DNA of 64,000 nt, from the NCBI RefSeq assembly GCF_023055435.1, contig NW_025964112.1, positions 37,634,001-37,698,000 on the forward strand, in the 5' to 3' direction. The notes under the pieces were generated by a model. That model was not told where the DNA came from, searched no databases, and saw only the letters and a program-made list of their open reading frames with translations. A program made the translations under genes and the position numbers. The stretch comes from Haliotis rufescens (lineage: Eukaryota). Positions 1 through 12,816 of the stretch are shown one piece after another (within the stretch, counting starts at the first letter, position 1; each line of letters opens with the position of its first letter).

Positions 1-408
1 TATGACATTGTGTTCAGAATGCCTTTTTCGAGAAAGCACAATCCTGAGAGATAAACCCTCGCCACCCACCAGTTAGTATGTATGTTTGCACACGTATTTT
101 ACCAACTCACCCACTAACTCGTTCCGCAATGCGCTAACAGCCATGTTGAGTTATATGACATTGTGTTCAGAATGCCTTTTTCGAGAAAGCACAATCCTGA
201 GAGATAAACCCTCGCCACCCACCAGTTAGTATGTATGTTTGCACACGTATTTTACCAACTCACCCACTAACTCGTTCCGCAATGCGCTAACAGCCATGTT
301 GAGTTATATGACATTGTGTTCAAAATGCCTTTTTCGAGAAAGCACAATCCTGAGAGATAAACCCTCGCCACCCACCAGTTAGTATGTATGTTTACACACG
401 TATTTTAC
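1..408. repeat. 153-bp tandem repeat (about 2.7 near-identical units, runs off window start)
   Basis: tatgacattgtgttc recurs at 1, 154 and 307. Confidence 0.95.
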
Positions 409-1039
409 TTCCTTTACACAATGAAAGTATACGACTCCTTGAGTTTTTTTTCTCTGGCACATTTCCTTGTTGATCACATAATGTGCTTGTAAGAAGTGAT
501 GCTTTAATGTTCTAATTTATTTGATACATTTATAGATTCTAGGAGATTGTAGACATGTATTCAGATAAATATACTACTCAAAAGAAGTTAATGACCACCC
601 CATGCCATCATATCACTATTTTTAATTTGTCGTGACAGATAACCATGGTAATGTGAAAGAATCGGTGGCCCTCAACACCTTTGAGAAGTGTAGAACAGAA
701 TGTTCAAATATGTAAAATAGCGTGATAGGCTATAACGCAATGTATACCAACATATAGCTATACGTACCTACAATATTTCGTATTCAGAACAACATATGTT
801 TGGCAACATATCTTATTTTCAAATCGATATATAATCCATGTATAACTCAGACATATCTGGTCGAAGTCATCAGATTCGTCACATCACAATTCTTTAAAAT
901 GTGCAAATAAAACATGTTTCTGTAAAGGAAAAGTATTTTGCTGTGTTTCTGTAAGTAGATCTGAATTAAATTTGATCATCAAATATTTGAATGTTCTGTT
1001 TCTTCACTGTCCCATAAAAGATACACGGGGCAACTCAAC

Positions 1040-1320
1040 AAGCGTGCATTGCACTTAGTGTCAAAGCTCATTCGTGTGATGTTCTCATGTGGAATTTTTG
1101 TGTCAATTTGATACGACATGAAATGTAAGATGATTATTGACATGAGGCAAGGAACAAGTATATACATTTCCTTACTGTTGGTTTGAATTGAAAAGGAACA
1201 CAATGGGGAAAATGTGTACAACAATAGGTGTTCAACAGGGATGTATCATATCTCCTTCCTTTTTCATAGTGTTTGCACAGCGGTTGGTGTAATACCATGA
1301 TGTAAGCAGCTACAGTTGAT
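1040..1320 (-). pseudogene. Candidate decayed cystine-knot-like paralogue
   Basis: NCSC (1306-1314), PIVVHI..PLC about 32 codons later, then PC-x31-KCN[C] needing a 1-nt deletion at 1045-1053. Confidence 0.35.
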
Positions 1321-1491
1321 TCACACCAAGTAAAGACTTTATGGCAACCCGTAAAAGTAATTTATTGTCTTAATCAGTGTCATTATCTTATAGCAATTCG
1401 TCACGGTTACTACTCCGTGACGAGATGGCGTTTGTATGCGCTTTGGTCAACCATAGATTAACATGAATATATGAAATGATTAAGGGTGATT

Positions 1492-1570
1492 TAGTGAGTG
1501 TGGTTTTATGCCGCTTGTACTAATATTTCAGCAATATCACGGCGGGGACACCAGAAATATCTCACTGCCC
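1492..1570 (-). mobile_element. tRNA-derived SINE family A, 3' fragment
   Basis: matches the tail of full copies (gagtgag..ggttttacgccgct..gcaatatcacggcggggacaccagaaat). Confidence 0.75.
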
Positions 1571-2163
1571 ACCAAAAATGTAGATATATGTACAAAGCAG
1601 TTGATCCTACTCCTTTGTTTATGTTTATTAAAAAGTATCGCGTTAGATCTGTTGATTGGATCGTATCCTATAAATTCTACACTATCAAGTTACACCTGCT
1701 CTGTTTGGTGTAAATATAAATTGTCAGCGCCAGAGAATAACCAGTCTAGAATATCCGCCGAAACAGATTTTATTTGGCGTAAAGGGCAAAATAAAATTTT
1801 ATGAATGCATATTAATAAATTATTGTGGAAATAATTTTTTCTTTATCAAAACATATATAGAGGATATCAAAATACACCTGTGTATTAATATATGCGGTTA
1901 AAATACCTAGACCGTATTCATCCAAGTATGACTTTCAAAGAGCACGTAATCAACGTATTACCGTTTTAAGCCCAAATGGTTCCGGGGAAGGGCTGTTTAT
2001 TAAAGAATACATATTTCGTCCTACTTTGTCTTACCTAGATTAAGCTTAATTACGACATAACAAAAACAAAAAACGCAAGGAAATGACTACGTGTTACATT
2101 AGGAAGCATGCATATTTCGTGTTAACACATATATGGGCGTATATCGGTGCATAACGCTTAATA

Positions 2164-2388
2164 CACTGCCGGGCAAAATAAGGTTAACACATGGAAATTG
2201 GATTTGACCAAAAACATTTTAAACGTCATCACTTCTATACTAGTCTGAATGTTGGTATGTCTGAGCTAACTCAAACTGAGCACTGCAATACCAGCTTCAC
2301 TCTGCACATCACCATCGAATAACCATGTTTGTGTGTTTAATTATCAGCCATCATAAAACATGGGTGTATATTTTTTTGCCCTGCAGTT
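2164..2388. mobile_element. Tc1/mariner-type MITE (TIR cactgccgggcaa)
   Basis: imperfect terminal inverted repeats flanked by TA; related copies at 12631-12816, about 31190-31295 and 52160-52320. Confidence 0.7.
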
Positions 2389-2559
2389 TACTTCACATAC
2401 GATATTAACGGTAAATGTGACAATGGTATTGAAAGTAGTGAGGACAAACCCTAACAGAAAATGACAATTCTTGTCAACCATGATGGGGTATATGAAACTA
2501 TAAGAGGTTATTTATATAAAGAGTCCCTACACGAGAGAGCCTAAAGAAACTAGAGATTT

Positions 2560-3003
2560 ATACCGCTTGTAGTAATCTGCCTTGCTGACAGTGAAAATCT
2601 TGTCCTACGTGCCAGAGTGCTGCTTTCGGGGTTTCAAATGTCGTGTGACACTTGCACTGAAAATAGCTAGGTCTTGTTAGGGGAATGGCCTACAAATCTG
2701 TGTATAAAAGAACGTCGTGTTTATTCACAACATGGACTTGAAGAATAGCCCACGACAACGGCTTTGCACCTTATTGGTAAAGCTCATTAAGACGTTCGTG
2801 TCGGTTTGTTTTGGATGTCGTCCTATCTTGATGCAATAAAAGACCAGATAGGCCGTAATTCGTGTCTTTCGGGTAATGCCACGCGAACCCATTATTGCGT
2901 GTATTTAGCAAACAGATCTATTTTCAGATTTCAGATAATACTTTGCATTCCTAGGATAAGAAAAAACAGCGGAAATAAAGTAAGATTGTGTTTATGTGCG
3001 TGA
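2560..3003 (+). pseudogene. Candidate decayed cystine-knot-like paralogue
   Basis: FIPLVVICLA hydrophobic start; CDTC and LCIKERR; CFGC[R] at about 2807; ORF 2806-3003 ends RLCLCA-stop. Confidence 0.35.
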
Positions 3004-3049
3004 TGATATTTCTTATTGTCAACTGAGCACAGAGTAAATACGCGAAATA

Positions 3050-6000
3050 GTCATGATGTGACTGTTGCTGACGTAGTCATGAATAATGTAATTGTTGTTG
3101 CTGTAGAAGTATTTAATGGTGTGACTGTTGCTCCTGTAGTCATCATTAATAATGATGTAACTGTTGCTACTGAAGTCGTCATTATTGATGTAACTGTTGC
3201 TGCTGTAGTGGTCATTAGTGATGTAAGTGTTACTGCTGTAGTCGTCATTAATAATGTAACTTTTGTTGCTGTACTCGTCATTAATGATGTAAGTGTTGCT
3301 GCTGTAGTCGTCATTAATCATGTAACTGTTGTTGTTGTAGTCATCATTAATAATGTAAGAGTTACTGCTGTAGTCGCCATTAGTGATGTAACTGTTACTG
3401 CTGTAGTCGTCATTAATAATGTAACTGTTGCTGCTGTAGTCGTCATTAATGATGTAGCTGTTGTTGCTGTAGTCATCATTAATAATGTAACTGTTACTGC
3501 TGTAGTCGTCATTAATAATGTAACTGTTATTGCTGTAGTCGTCAGTAGTGATGTAACTGTTACTGTTGTAGTCGTCATTAATAATGTGACTGTTACTGCT
3601 GTAGTCGTCATTAATAATGTAACTGTTACTTCTGTAGTCGTCATTAATGATGTAACTGTTGTTGCTGTAGACGTCATTAATAATGCATCTGTTGCTGTTG
3701 TAGTCATCATTAATGATGTCATTGTTGTTTCTGTGACTGTTGCTGCCGTAGTAATTAATGGTGTAACTGTTGCTGCTGTAGTCATCATTAATGATGTAAC
3801 TGTTGTTGCTGTAGTCGTTATTTATGATGTAACTGTTGCTGCCGTAGTTATTAATTATGTCACTGTTACTGCTGTAGTCATCATTAATAATGTCGACCGC
3901 CTCCGTGCTCTAATGGTAGAGCGTCCGCCCGGAGAGCGGAAGGTCCGGGGTTCGATCCCCAGCCGCGTCATACCAAAAGACGTTAAAATAACTTGTGGTA
4001 CTTGTTGTTACCCTGTCTGGCGCTCGGCATTAAGGGGCTAAAACATGGACTTGTCGGCTCGGAGTCAGTATATTGTGTCTGAGTGGGGTATTCATGTTAA
4101 ACTGCCGCATGGTATCTCAGTGTGCTAGCACTATAAATCGGCATCAGTCCGGACTAGTACAAGCAGCCACATACACACATACACGTGCATGCACGTCGCT
4201 ATATAAGACTAGTGCAATAATCTTGGACTCGACGTTAAACCCCATATCACCTCACCTCACATTAATAATGTCACTGTTGTTACTTTAGTCATCATTAATG
4301 ATGTAACTGTTGTGGCTGTAGTCGTCATTCATGATGTAACTATTGCTCCTGCAGAAGTAATTAATGATGTAACTGTTACTGCTGTAGTCGTCATCAATAC
4401 TGTAACTGTTGCTGCTGTAGTCGTCATTAATGATGTAAGTGTTTTTGCTGTAGTCGTCATTAATGATGTAACTGTTGCTGCTGTAGTCGTCATTAATGAT
4501 GTAACTGTTACTGCTGTAGTCGTCATCAATACTGTAACTGTTGCTGCTGTAGTCGTCATTAATGATGTAGATGTTGTTGCTGTAGAAGTAATTAATGATG
4601 TAACTGTTACTGATGTAGTCGTCATCAATACTGTAACTGTTGCTGCTGTAGACGTCTTTAATAATGTGACTGCTGTTGCTGTAGTCCTCATTAATAATGT
4701 AAGTGTTGTTGCTGAAGAAGTAATAAATGATGTAATTGTTGTTGCTGTAGAAGCAATTAATGATTTTACTGTTTCTGCTGTGGTCGTCACTAATGATGTA
4801 GCTGTAGTTGCTGTAGTCCCGATTATCATGTAAGTGTTGCAGCTGTAGTCATTATAATGATGTAACTGTTACTGCTGTAGTCGTCATTAATTATGTAACT
4901 GTTGCTGCTGTAGTCCTCATTAATGATGTAACTGTTGTTGCTGTAGTCCTCATTAATAATGTGACTGTTACTGCTGTGGTCGTCATTAATGATGTAACTG
5001 TTGTTGCTGTAGTCGTCATTTATAATGTGACTGTTACTGCTTTGGTCGTCATTAATGATGTAACTGTTGTTGCTGTAGTCCTCATTAATAATGTGACTGT
5101 TACTGCTTTGGTCGTCATTAATGATGTAACTGTTGTTGCTGTAAAAGCAATTAATGATGTAACTGTTGCTGTTGTAGACGTCATTAATAATGTAACTGAT
5201 GTTGCTGTAGTCTTCATTAATGATGTAACTGTTGTTGCTGTAGAAGTAATTGATGATGTAACTGTAACTGCTGCAGTCGTCATAAATGATGTGACTGTTG
5301 CTGTTGTAGTCATCATTAATGACATCACTGTTGTTGCTGTAGTCGTCATTAATGATGTAAATGTTGTTGTTGTAGACGTCATTAATAATGCATATGTTGT
5401 TGTTGTAGTCATCATTAATGATGTAACTGTTGTTGCTGTAGAAGCAATTAATGATGTAACTGTTACTGCTGTAGTCATCATTAATTATGTTACTGTTGTT
5501 GCTGTAGTCGTCATTAATGATGTAACTGTTGTTGTTGTAGTCATCATTAATGATGTAACTGTTCCTGCTGTAGTCGTCATTAATGATGTAACTGTTGTTG
5601 CTGTAGAAGCAATTAATGATGTAACTGTTACCGCTGTAGTCATCATTAATTATGTTACTGTTGTTGCTGTAGTCGTCATTAATGATGTAACTGTTGTTGT
5701 TGTAGTCATCATTAATGATGTTACTGTTGCTGCTGTAGTCGCCATTAATGATGTTACTGTTACTGCTGTTATCGTCATTAATGATGTAACTGTTGTTGCT
5801 GTAGTCCTCATTAATGATGTGACTGTTACTGCTGTGATCGTCATTAATGATGTAACTGTTGTTGCTGTAGTCGTCATTAATAATGTGACTGTTACTGCTG
5901 CGATCGTCATTAATGATGTAACTGTTGTTGCTGTAGTCGTCATTAATAATGCGACTGTTACTGCTGTGGTCGTCATTAATTATGTAACTGTTGTTGCTGT

Positions 6001-6550
6001 AATCGGCATTATTGATGTAACTGTTGCTGCTGCTGTAGTCGTCATTAATGATCTGACTCTTGTTGCTGTAGTCGTCATTAATTATGTAACTGTTGCTGCT
6101 GTAGTCCTCATTAATGATTTAACTGTTGTTGCTATAGTCGTCATTAATAATGTGACTGTTACTGCTGTTGTCACAGCAGTTGTTGCTGTAGTCATCATTT
6201 ATGACGTAACTGTTGCTGCTGTAGTCGTCATCAATGACGTAACTGTTTTTCCTGTAGTCGTCATTTAACGATGTTACTGATGTTGCTGTAGTCGTCATTA
6301 ATGATGTCACTGTTGTTGCTGTAGTCGTCATTAATAATGTGACTGTTACAGCTGTGGTCACAGCAGTTGTTGCTGTAGTCGTCATTAATAATGTAACTGT
6401 TGCTGCTGTAGTCATCATTTATGACGTAACTGTTGCTGCTGTAGTCGTCATCAATGACGTAACTGTTTTGCCTGTAGTCGTCATTAATGATGTAACTGTT
6501 GTTCCTGTAGTCGTCATAACGATGTAACTGTTGTTACCGTTGTCGTCATT
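3050..6550. repeat. 33-bp triplet-structured minisatellite (aatgatgtaactgttgctgctgtagtcgtcatt), about 95 degenerate units
   Basis: 11-codon periodicity (NDVTVAAVVVI / MTTTAATVTSL) in the ORF track; interrupted by a SINE and by frameshifts. Confidence 0.95.
3895..4260 (+). mobile_element. tRNA-derived SINE family B (Meta/MESC-domain-like), full length
   Basis: A box tggtagagcg, B box ggttcgatccc, ataccaaaagacgttaaaa..ggtacttgttgttaccctgtctggcgctcggcattaaggg core, cacct tail; TSD attaataatgtc (3883-3894 / 4261-4272). Confidence 0.9.
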
Positions 6551-6913
6551 AATGGCTGCTACTTTTGCCGCCAGTGTGTAGGGTCCCTCGGTGCCACAGT
6601 TTTGTTCATAAATAACAATTACAGTATTTTGTGAACCACATACATCATACTTTAGATTCTCGAAACAGCACATTCTTCACATGACACAAGCGACATAGCA
6701 CAAACATCACATTACGCATATCCTACATCTTAACCTACTTCCCACATACGACAAGCGACACATATTGCACAATGCGCTGCACAAGGTATATGAAACGGAA
6801 GGCATATTGCACAAGACACATACTTAGGAGGTGTGCGACACACGACACATACTTTGGTGTGCAACACACGAAACAACTGTTATGACGCACATATTTAAAT
6901 GCATTAAGCAGGT

Positions 6914-7030
6914 CTTTGAAAGGCCTTTAGAGGTGATACACATAAGGAAGAGAATAAATGGGTGTCAACTTCTTTATTATGAGGAACACAACGTTTCGGA
7001 GTATATGCTTACTCCTTCATCAGATGAATG
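6914..7030 (-). ncRNA. Minimal type-I hammerhead ribozyme-like motif in a Penelope-type terminal repeat remnant
   Basis: minus strand CUGAUGA-A-GGAGUA-AGCAUA-UACUCC-GAAAC-GUU followed by AAUAAA; second copy lacking the CUGAUGA core at 12504-12608. Confidence 0.6.
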
Positions 7031-7204
7031 AATGCCATGAGGCAGAGAGCATATATATGTACATGTAAGGACACCAAAACCAATAAGATAAAAGGTGGAA
7101 AATAACAAAGGGTAGAAACTAACAAGGGAAGCCAACAGATGCTTGGCGCTGATAGGTCATTAGAAATAGACAATGTTATTTTCCACCTCCTGTATATGCT
7201 CTCT

Positions 7205-7445
7205 GCACTCAGCAATATTCCATCTACATGACGGCGGTGTGTAAATAAACGATTCTGGACTAGACAATCAAGTGATTGATATCTTGAGCATCGATCTACG
7301 TAATTGGGATACGATGACATGCATCAACCAAGTCAGCGAGCCTGACCACGCGATCCCGTTTGTCGCCTTTTACGACCAACATAGTCGCCTCTTACGGCAA
7401 GCATGGGCTGCTAAAGACCTATTCTAACACGGATCTTCACGGGTC
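7205..7445 (-). mobile_element. SINE-like family C (non-tRNA, gacccgtgaag head)
   Basis: homologous to the full copies at 60077 and 61119. Confidence 0.85.
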
Positions 7446-7605
7446 GCAAAGGATTATAAGTGTCACTGGCGTGATGTATGGGATTTACGAGCTGGTGAAT
7501 GGGCTTTTCTGCCACGTGTTCAGCGTCTTCCCGGAGAGCGGTAGGTTGGTGGGTCGATCCCCTGTTGCGTCAATCTATGTTAACCAGTGGGCTAGGACTA
7601 TAAAA

Positions 7606-7625
7606 CGCACGCGCGCGCGGACACG

Positions 7626-7680
<55 letters not shown>

Positions 7681-7701
7681 ACACGCGCGCGCGCGCGCGC
7701 A
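7606..7701. repeat. (CA)n / (CG)n microsatellite inside a degenerate family B SINE
   Basis: direct reading. Confidence 0.9.
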
Positions 7702-8327
7702 GACGCTATGCAAGACGATTAACGCTGAAATGTTTGTGTGACAATTAGAATTTCCTTCATCGAGCTTTTAGTATGGTACGCTCGAAGTGCGTCATTCGTG
7801 ACATGACAAGCACATGACCTCATATCAAACACTCTGACGTCATCATGTACGTCAACGCGGAATGCCATGTAGTCAGTTGCTTTTTGCGATACATATATAA
7901 GGTTATATATGCAATAAAAATAATTCCCTTTATGACAAGAAGACTTCGCATTTTATAAAATATAGATATTCTTTTTAAATCATAAGGCCACATCAAAACA
8001 AGTTGCGTTTTTTCCTCATGACCGAACGTCACTAAAAATCATACCGACCCTTATTATTTTTTTTGCATGCCACATTCGGTTTTGGTGCCGAGTGAGTTCC
8101 CATTCACAAGTTACATTTTTTATGTAACCCGCCCTGAAAACTATCAGAGTCATTCGGGGTTTATGTGAAAAGGTGACCACGCAAATATACTGCTCTTCCT
8201 TCTATTATTAGTTTTATTTAATAGATGCTAGAAATAGTTTTGAAATGGAAATAAAGAAACACAGTTCAACCTCGATTTACTTATCATTTTTAAAAAGTGA
8301 TCAAGAACAAGAACAATTGTATCTGAC

Positions 8328-8620
8328 TTCATGCGAGTGTGTACACAATATTCCACAGCAAGGGTAAAAGAGGGAGTTAATCATGACGAATGTCAGTTGG
8401 GATGACAACGGTATAAATTGCGTGCATTGGGCGCAGTATTCGTGTTGCAAAAGTACACAACAGGTAGACCCTCGGGCTGTTTGTGTGATGGGATTGTTTG
8501 TAGGGAAGGGCGATAATTGTGCCTTTCTGAGAAACGAGATTATCATATATTGATTGCGAAACAATGCAGAAAAATTCCAATTAGCTGACGTGTTGGTACA
8601 TCCGCAACCTACCCTTCAAA
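8328..8620 (+). pseudogene. Candidate decayed cystine-knot-like paralogue
   Basis: one frame with two stops: SCEC..NCVHWAQYSCC..VCVMG..NC..VLVHPQ; SCEC and VHP are shared with the 44k and 28k copies. Confidence 0.4.
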
Positions 8621-9116
8621 AAAGGATGTTACTGTTAGACAGTGAATCGTTAGTTAACATTTTAATACCGCAGTACTGATTCATTATTTTTATCAGTACT
8701 GATATTATTAAGTTAAATAGGTACGGATCTTAAAATAAGCTAATGGTGAATGCATTCGAATGTGTCATTTTTATCAATGATTTAAAATAACCCTGTAATT
8801 GAATAGGCGAAATCGATAAACATTCGCTATTGAATATCAAGAATTTGTTTTTTCTCTAAGTATTACTGAATCGAATTGTTGATAAATACATGAATATCGA
8901 TAGATGCAAAATAGATATATTAAAACGACACTCGGCAGCATGGTAACGGACCTGGCGACACGTGCAATTCCAGAACGTCCTTATTCATGCAGGTTACCAC
9001 AAAAAACACAAAATGTCGCTACCAATGAAAGGTAGTCGATGAGTATTTTACTGACGCTTCATTCAACTCATCTTGACGTATACAAGCGTGACTTAATATA
9101 ATTTGTACGATTGGAT

Positions 9117-9328
9117 TAGACTAAAATCTAGTCTCTGAAATGAACATATCGTACATAAAAAAAACAGTTGTTCAGTTATCTTAATAAAAAATATAATAAA
9201 AAGGAGCCCAGTGACTCTCTTCATTTTCAGATTTTCTGATACTGCAGTGATCTAGACTTGCCAAACATTATAGACTTGCATGGGCTGCATTTGATATATA
9301 TTTGTATCAGGGTCTGTAAGACAGACTA
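9117..9328 (+). mobile_element. Non-autonomous DNA transposon, TAG..CTA ends, 9-bp TSD (AcademH-like)
   Basis: TSD cgattggat / cgattagat; near-identical to 58812-59012 and 54040-54240. Confidence 0.8.
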
Positions 9329-9546
9329 CGATTAGATGAATGTCATTCCTAACATAAAGATACTGGGTTATACAGTTACTTTCACTGTGTCGCGAAATAC
9401 ATGCAAGGAATGGGATTATCCATAAGGAATAATAGGAAAACGTACATTTTTGTGTTTGTTAACATTTCTAAAGAGCTGATCTTCGTTTGAAATAACCCCT
9501 TTCTCTGATTACCCAGAGAAATATTTTGTCACGTTTTGTGTCCGAG

Positions 9547-9750
9547 GCAAATATTCCAGCTGTATGACGTCGGCTGTCTGTAAATAATCGAGTGTGGACC
9601 AGACAATCCAATGACTGACATCATGAGCATCGATCCACGCAATACGATGACATGCCAAGGCAACGAGCCTGGTCACGCGATCCCGTTACTCGCCACTTAC
9701 GACAAGCATGAGTTGCGGAAGATCTATTATAACCCGGATATCTGCGGGTC
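9547..9750 (-). mobile_element. SINE-like family C
   Basis: homology to other copies; ends gcgggtc at the family 5' boundary. Confidence 0.85.
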
Positions 9751-9892
9751 TTTGACTTTAAAGTAAAACCTGTTGTATGGTTAACTTTTAGGTGAAACCT
9801 TTTGTGAGGTTTTACTTAGCAAAAGTACTTTAAAACCTTGCAAATGGAGGAATAAATGTAGAACATATATAAGACACCGGGGTGACAAATTT

Positions 9893-10047
9893 CCAGCCCT
9901 TGTTTTAGTCCCTTATTGCCGAGCGCCAGACACGGTAACAACAAAGTACCATCTTTTAACGACTTCTGGAATGACGCGGCCGGGAATCGAACCCCAAACC
10001 TTCCGCTATCCGGGCGGACGCTCTACCACTAGACCACGGAGGCGGTC
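9893..10047 (-). mobile_element. SINE family B, 5' half
   Basis: tRNA head and core on the minus strand. Confidence 0.85.
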
Positions 10048-10885
10048 GAATTTCAGAAAGGACCATATTGGGTAGAGGTCTATGCAGATTCATCCTTAGG
10101 CATAGCATTGGGCATTCCGCTCATCATTGGTCCTTTTATAGATGCTGATAGCTTCGGCTCTGTGTACAAGATCTAATCAAAGACGCGGCGTCAAACACCT
10201 GACAACAAAATAATCATAGACATTCTTCCTTTTAGAATCGGGATCACTAAAATGTAAACATATATAATCGTAGTTACGGGATATCACAGAGCATATTCGA
10301 TTTCCACAGTTAATTTATGGCCATTTACGTACTTTTAGTAAAATAACGAAAAATTGGCTTCAAATTATTCGAATCAGAGTTAATACGCTAGAAATGAGTA
10401 CCAGCGATGTTAGGCTTTGGATTGACTAACGATGTACGGACCCTAGATTGACACTTAGTCCCATTCTTATTTAAATATATATATATCAACAAAATAAACA
10501 AAATACAATTATCCAAAAGGAGCCCAAAACAATCCTTAATTTCAGGAGCTGTGGCAAACTAGACTTGCCCAATCATTTTAGACTTGAGTTGGGCTCCTTT
10601 ATTTAATTTTGTACTTGTTGTCTGGGTGACAGACCGTACAGACCAATCTAACTTCCAATGGCAGACATCACTAAACTGATTTTACACGGCTTTGCTTAAA
10701 ACTGTAAATTTTCGGGGTCGGGGTAGGGGGTGAGAGGGAAAAGACCGTATGCCCTCGGGCTTTTCCCTCTCCCTCGTGTTTACATTTGTAACCAACACCC
10801 CTGAAGGCTGTTTGCCCTTAACGTAAGGAAGACCCTCAAAACCTACATGTATATTAATAAAATAAGTTGTTTCTCAGAGAAAATA

Positions 10886-12418
10886 TACTGAGTCAAATTA
10901 AAAACTTCACATTTTAAAAAGTAATCCCATATATGATATACGACGGACAAATGTATCAGAGAAGGTAATTTTTAATCATGAATGTCCAAAGAAGGATTTT
11001 AATTAACGGTGGTAACCATAATTTGTTCCAAGAACCTACGGTATTCGGTAATAACATCAACAGTTTAAATCATAAGTCCCAAGCACGAGAATCTGATGGC
11101 AAACACGTTCAGTAGCGTGTATGGCCACCATGTGCGTTGACAACTGCCACACAACGCCTCCGCATGGACCGTGTCATGCTTGTGAACACATGATTGGGTA
11201 GACGACGCCATTGTTGCTACAAAATGGTGCCAAGATCTTGCCAATTCTGTGGTTTGTTCTGGAGAAAGCGCAGACTTCTGCCAAGAGCATCCCAGACGTG
11301 TTCGATGGGATTGAGGTCGGGAGACCTTGACGGCCAGTCCATGACGTTGACTCCCGCATTCTGAAGGAAATTCCTTGTCAAAATTGCTGTGTGGGGTCTG
11401 GCATTGTCGTGTTGTAAGATCAAACCGGGTCCATGTGCTGCCATAAAAGGCAGACGTTCTGGTGCCAGTACCTGGTCGCGGTAAGCAGCAGTGTTGAGGT
11501 TGCCACGGATGACAAGAAGCCTGGAACGTGCATTGCCACAGAAAGCACCCCACACCATGACACTTCCGCCTCGAAATCTGTCAAATTCCTGTACACAACA
11601 CTTGGCGTAACGTTCATGACGGCGCCTCCAAACCCTCGCCCAACCATCAGCAAATCGAAGATTAAATCCGGATTCATCACTGAAGACGACTTGATTCCGA
11701 TTCCTCTGAGTCCATCGTAAGTTTCGCTGTGCCCACAATTGACGTTGACGTCTGTGTAATTGAGTCAGAATCGGCCCGCAGTATGGCCGTCGTGCTTGAA
11801 GGTGAGCAGTTCTCAGACGGTTTCGAACAGTTTGCGCACTCAGTCTACCCCTAAACAGTTCATTCCTGGTTGATGTAGCCTTCAAAAATCGGTTACGGAG
11901 GTGACGTAAGACAATCTGACGATCCACTGCATGTGACGTCACACGTGGTCGACCTGGCCGAGAGCGATCAGCGGTGGTACCCGTTTGCTGTAGACGCGTC
12001 TGTAAATCATAAACAGTCCGTCGACTACAACCCATCGTCCTTGCGACTTCAGCTACGGGCGTTCCCTTCTGCAACATGTCGATGGCACGTTCACGTTGCA
12101 CATTTGAAAGGCGTGGCATGACAAATGGCCGTAAAAACTTTGTTTTCTTGTGTTTTTCTTTTTTTTGTTTATGACTGCTAACAAGTATGGCTGAAAACAC
12201 GTGCGGTACTATGGCCACGTGACCAGTTGCACGTGAAAAAACACTTTTGCCACTATAGTGCTGTGCACATGATTTTGATCGTTTCACCTGCACAAAAACG
12301 GGTGTTATCTGAAGACAATACGTGGCCATTACTGTTTAAATACACATAAGGGCCCACAATGATAACTGGTCAAAATGTTAAAATTTTAGGATTGTGAAGT
12401 TTTTAATTTGGTTCAGTA
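10886..12418 (-). mobile_element. Full-length Tc1-family DNA transposon (1533 bp)
   Basis: 26-bp TIRs tactga(gt/ac)caaattaaaaacttcaca with 2 mismatches; TA duplication on both sides; internal transposase. Confidence 0.95.
11109..12119 (-). pseudogene. Tc1 DD34E transposase (336 codons) with a single premature TAG at 11217-11219
   Basis: MPRLS start, paired-like HTH, GRPR, FSDES, QHDNA, WPSRSPDLNPIE with 34-aa D-E spacing; frame continues past the TAG to ..GGHTRY-stop. Confidence 0.93.
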
Positions 12419-12630
12419 TATTAAAATAGTGCGCATCATTTTCACTACATGTCTGGCAACAAACAATCAACAACATAATATTGAATAAATCAAAAATACA
12501 CTTCTTTGAAAGGCATTTAGAAGTGATACACATAAGGAAGAGAATTTAAGGATGTCAACTTCTTCATAATGAGGAACATAACGTTTCGGAGTATATGGTT
12601 ACTCCTTTACCCGAGTCTTCCTTACAAATA

Positions 12631-12816
12631 CACTGCCGGGCAAGAGAAAGTATACACCTAAGGTAGTGTAGCGCCTGAGTGTATCGTAGTTGTGTTTCGG
12701 ACCTTAAGTTTGCAGTGTTTCGGCGACTGCTTTCACTCTAGTAAAGTTTTCATAACGTTTGCATTATTTTGGTCAATTCCATTTTTCAAGTGTTTACTTT
12801 CTTTTCCCCGGCAGTT
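12631..12816. mobile_element. Tc1/mariner-type MITE (TIR cactgccggg)
   Basis: TIRs and TA flanks; homologous to 2164-2388. Confidence 0.7.

Noticed and set aside
3016-6673. Long Val-rich and Thr-rich ORFs as genes
   Set aside because: Openness follows from repeat composition; interrupted by a SINE and frameshifts
12120-12329. 70-aa N-terminal extension of the transposase ORF
   Set aside because: Tc1 homology starts at MPRLS (12119); the upstream part is the element 5' UTR
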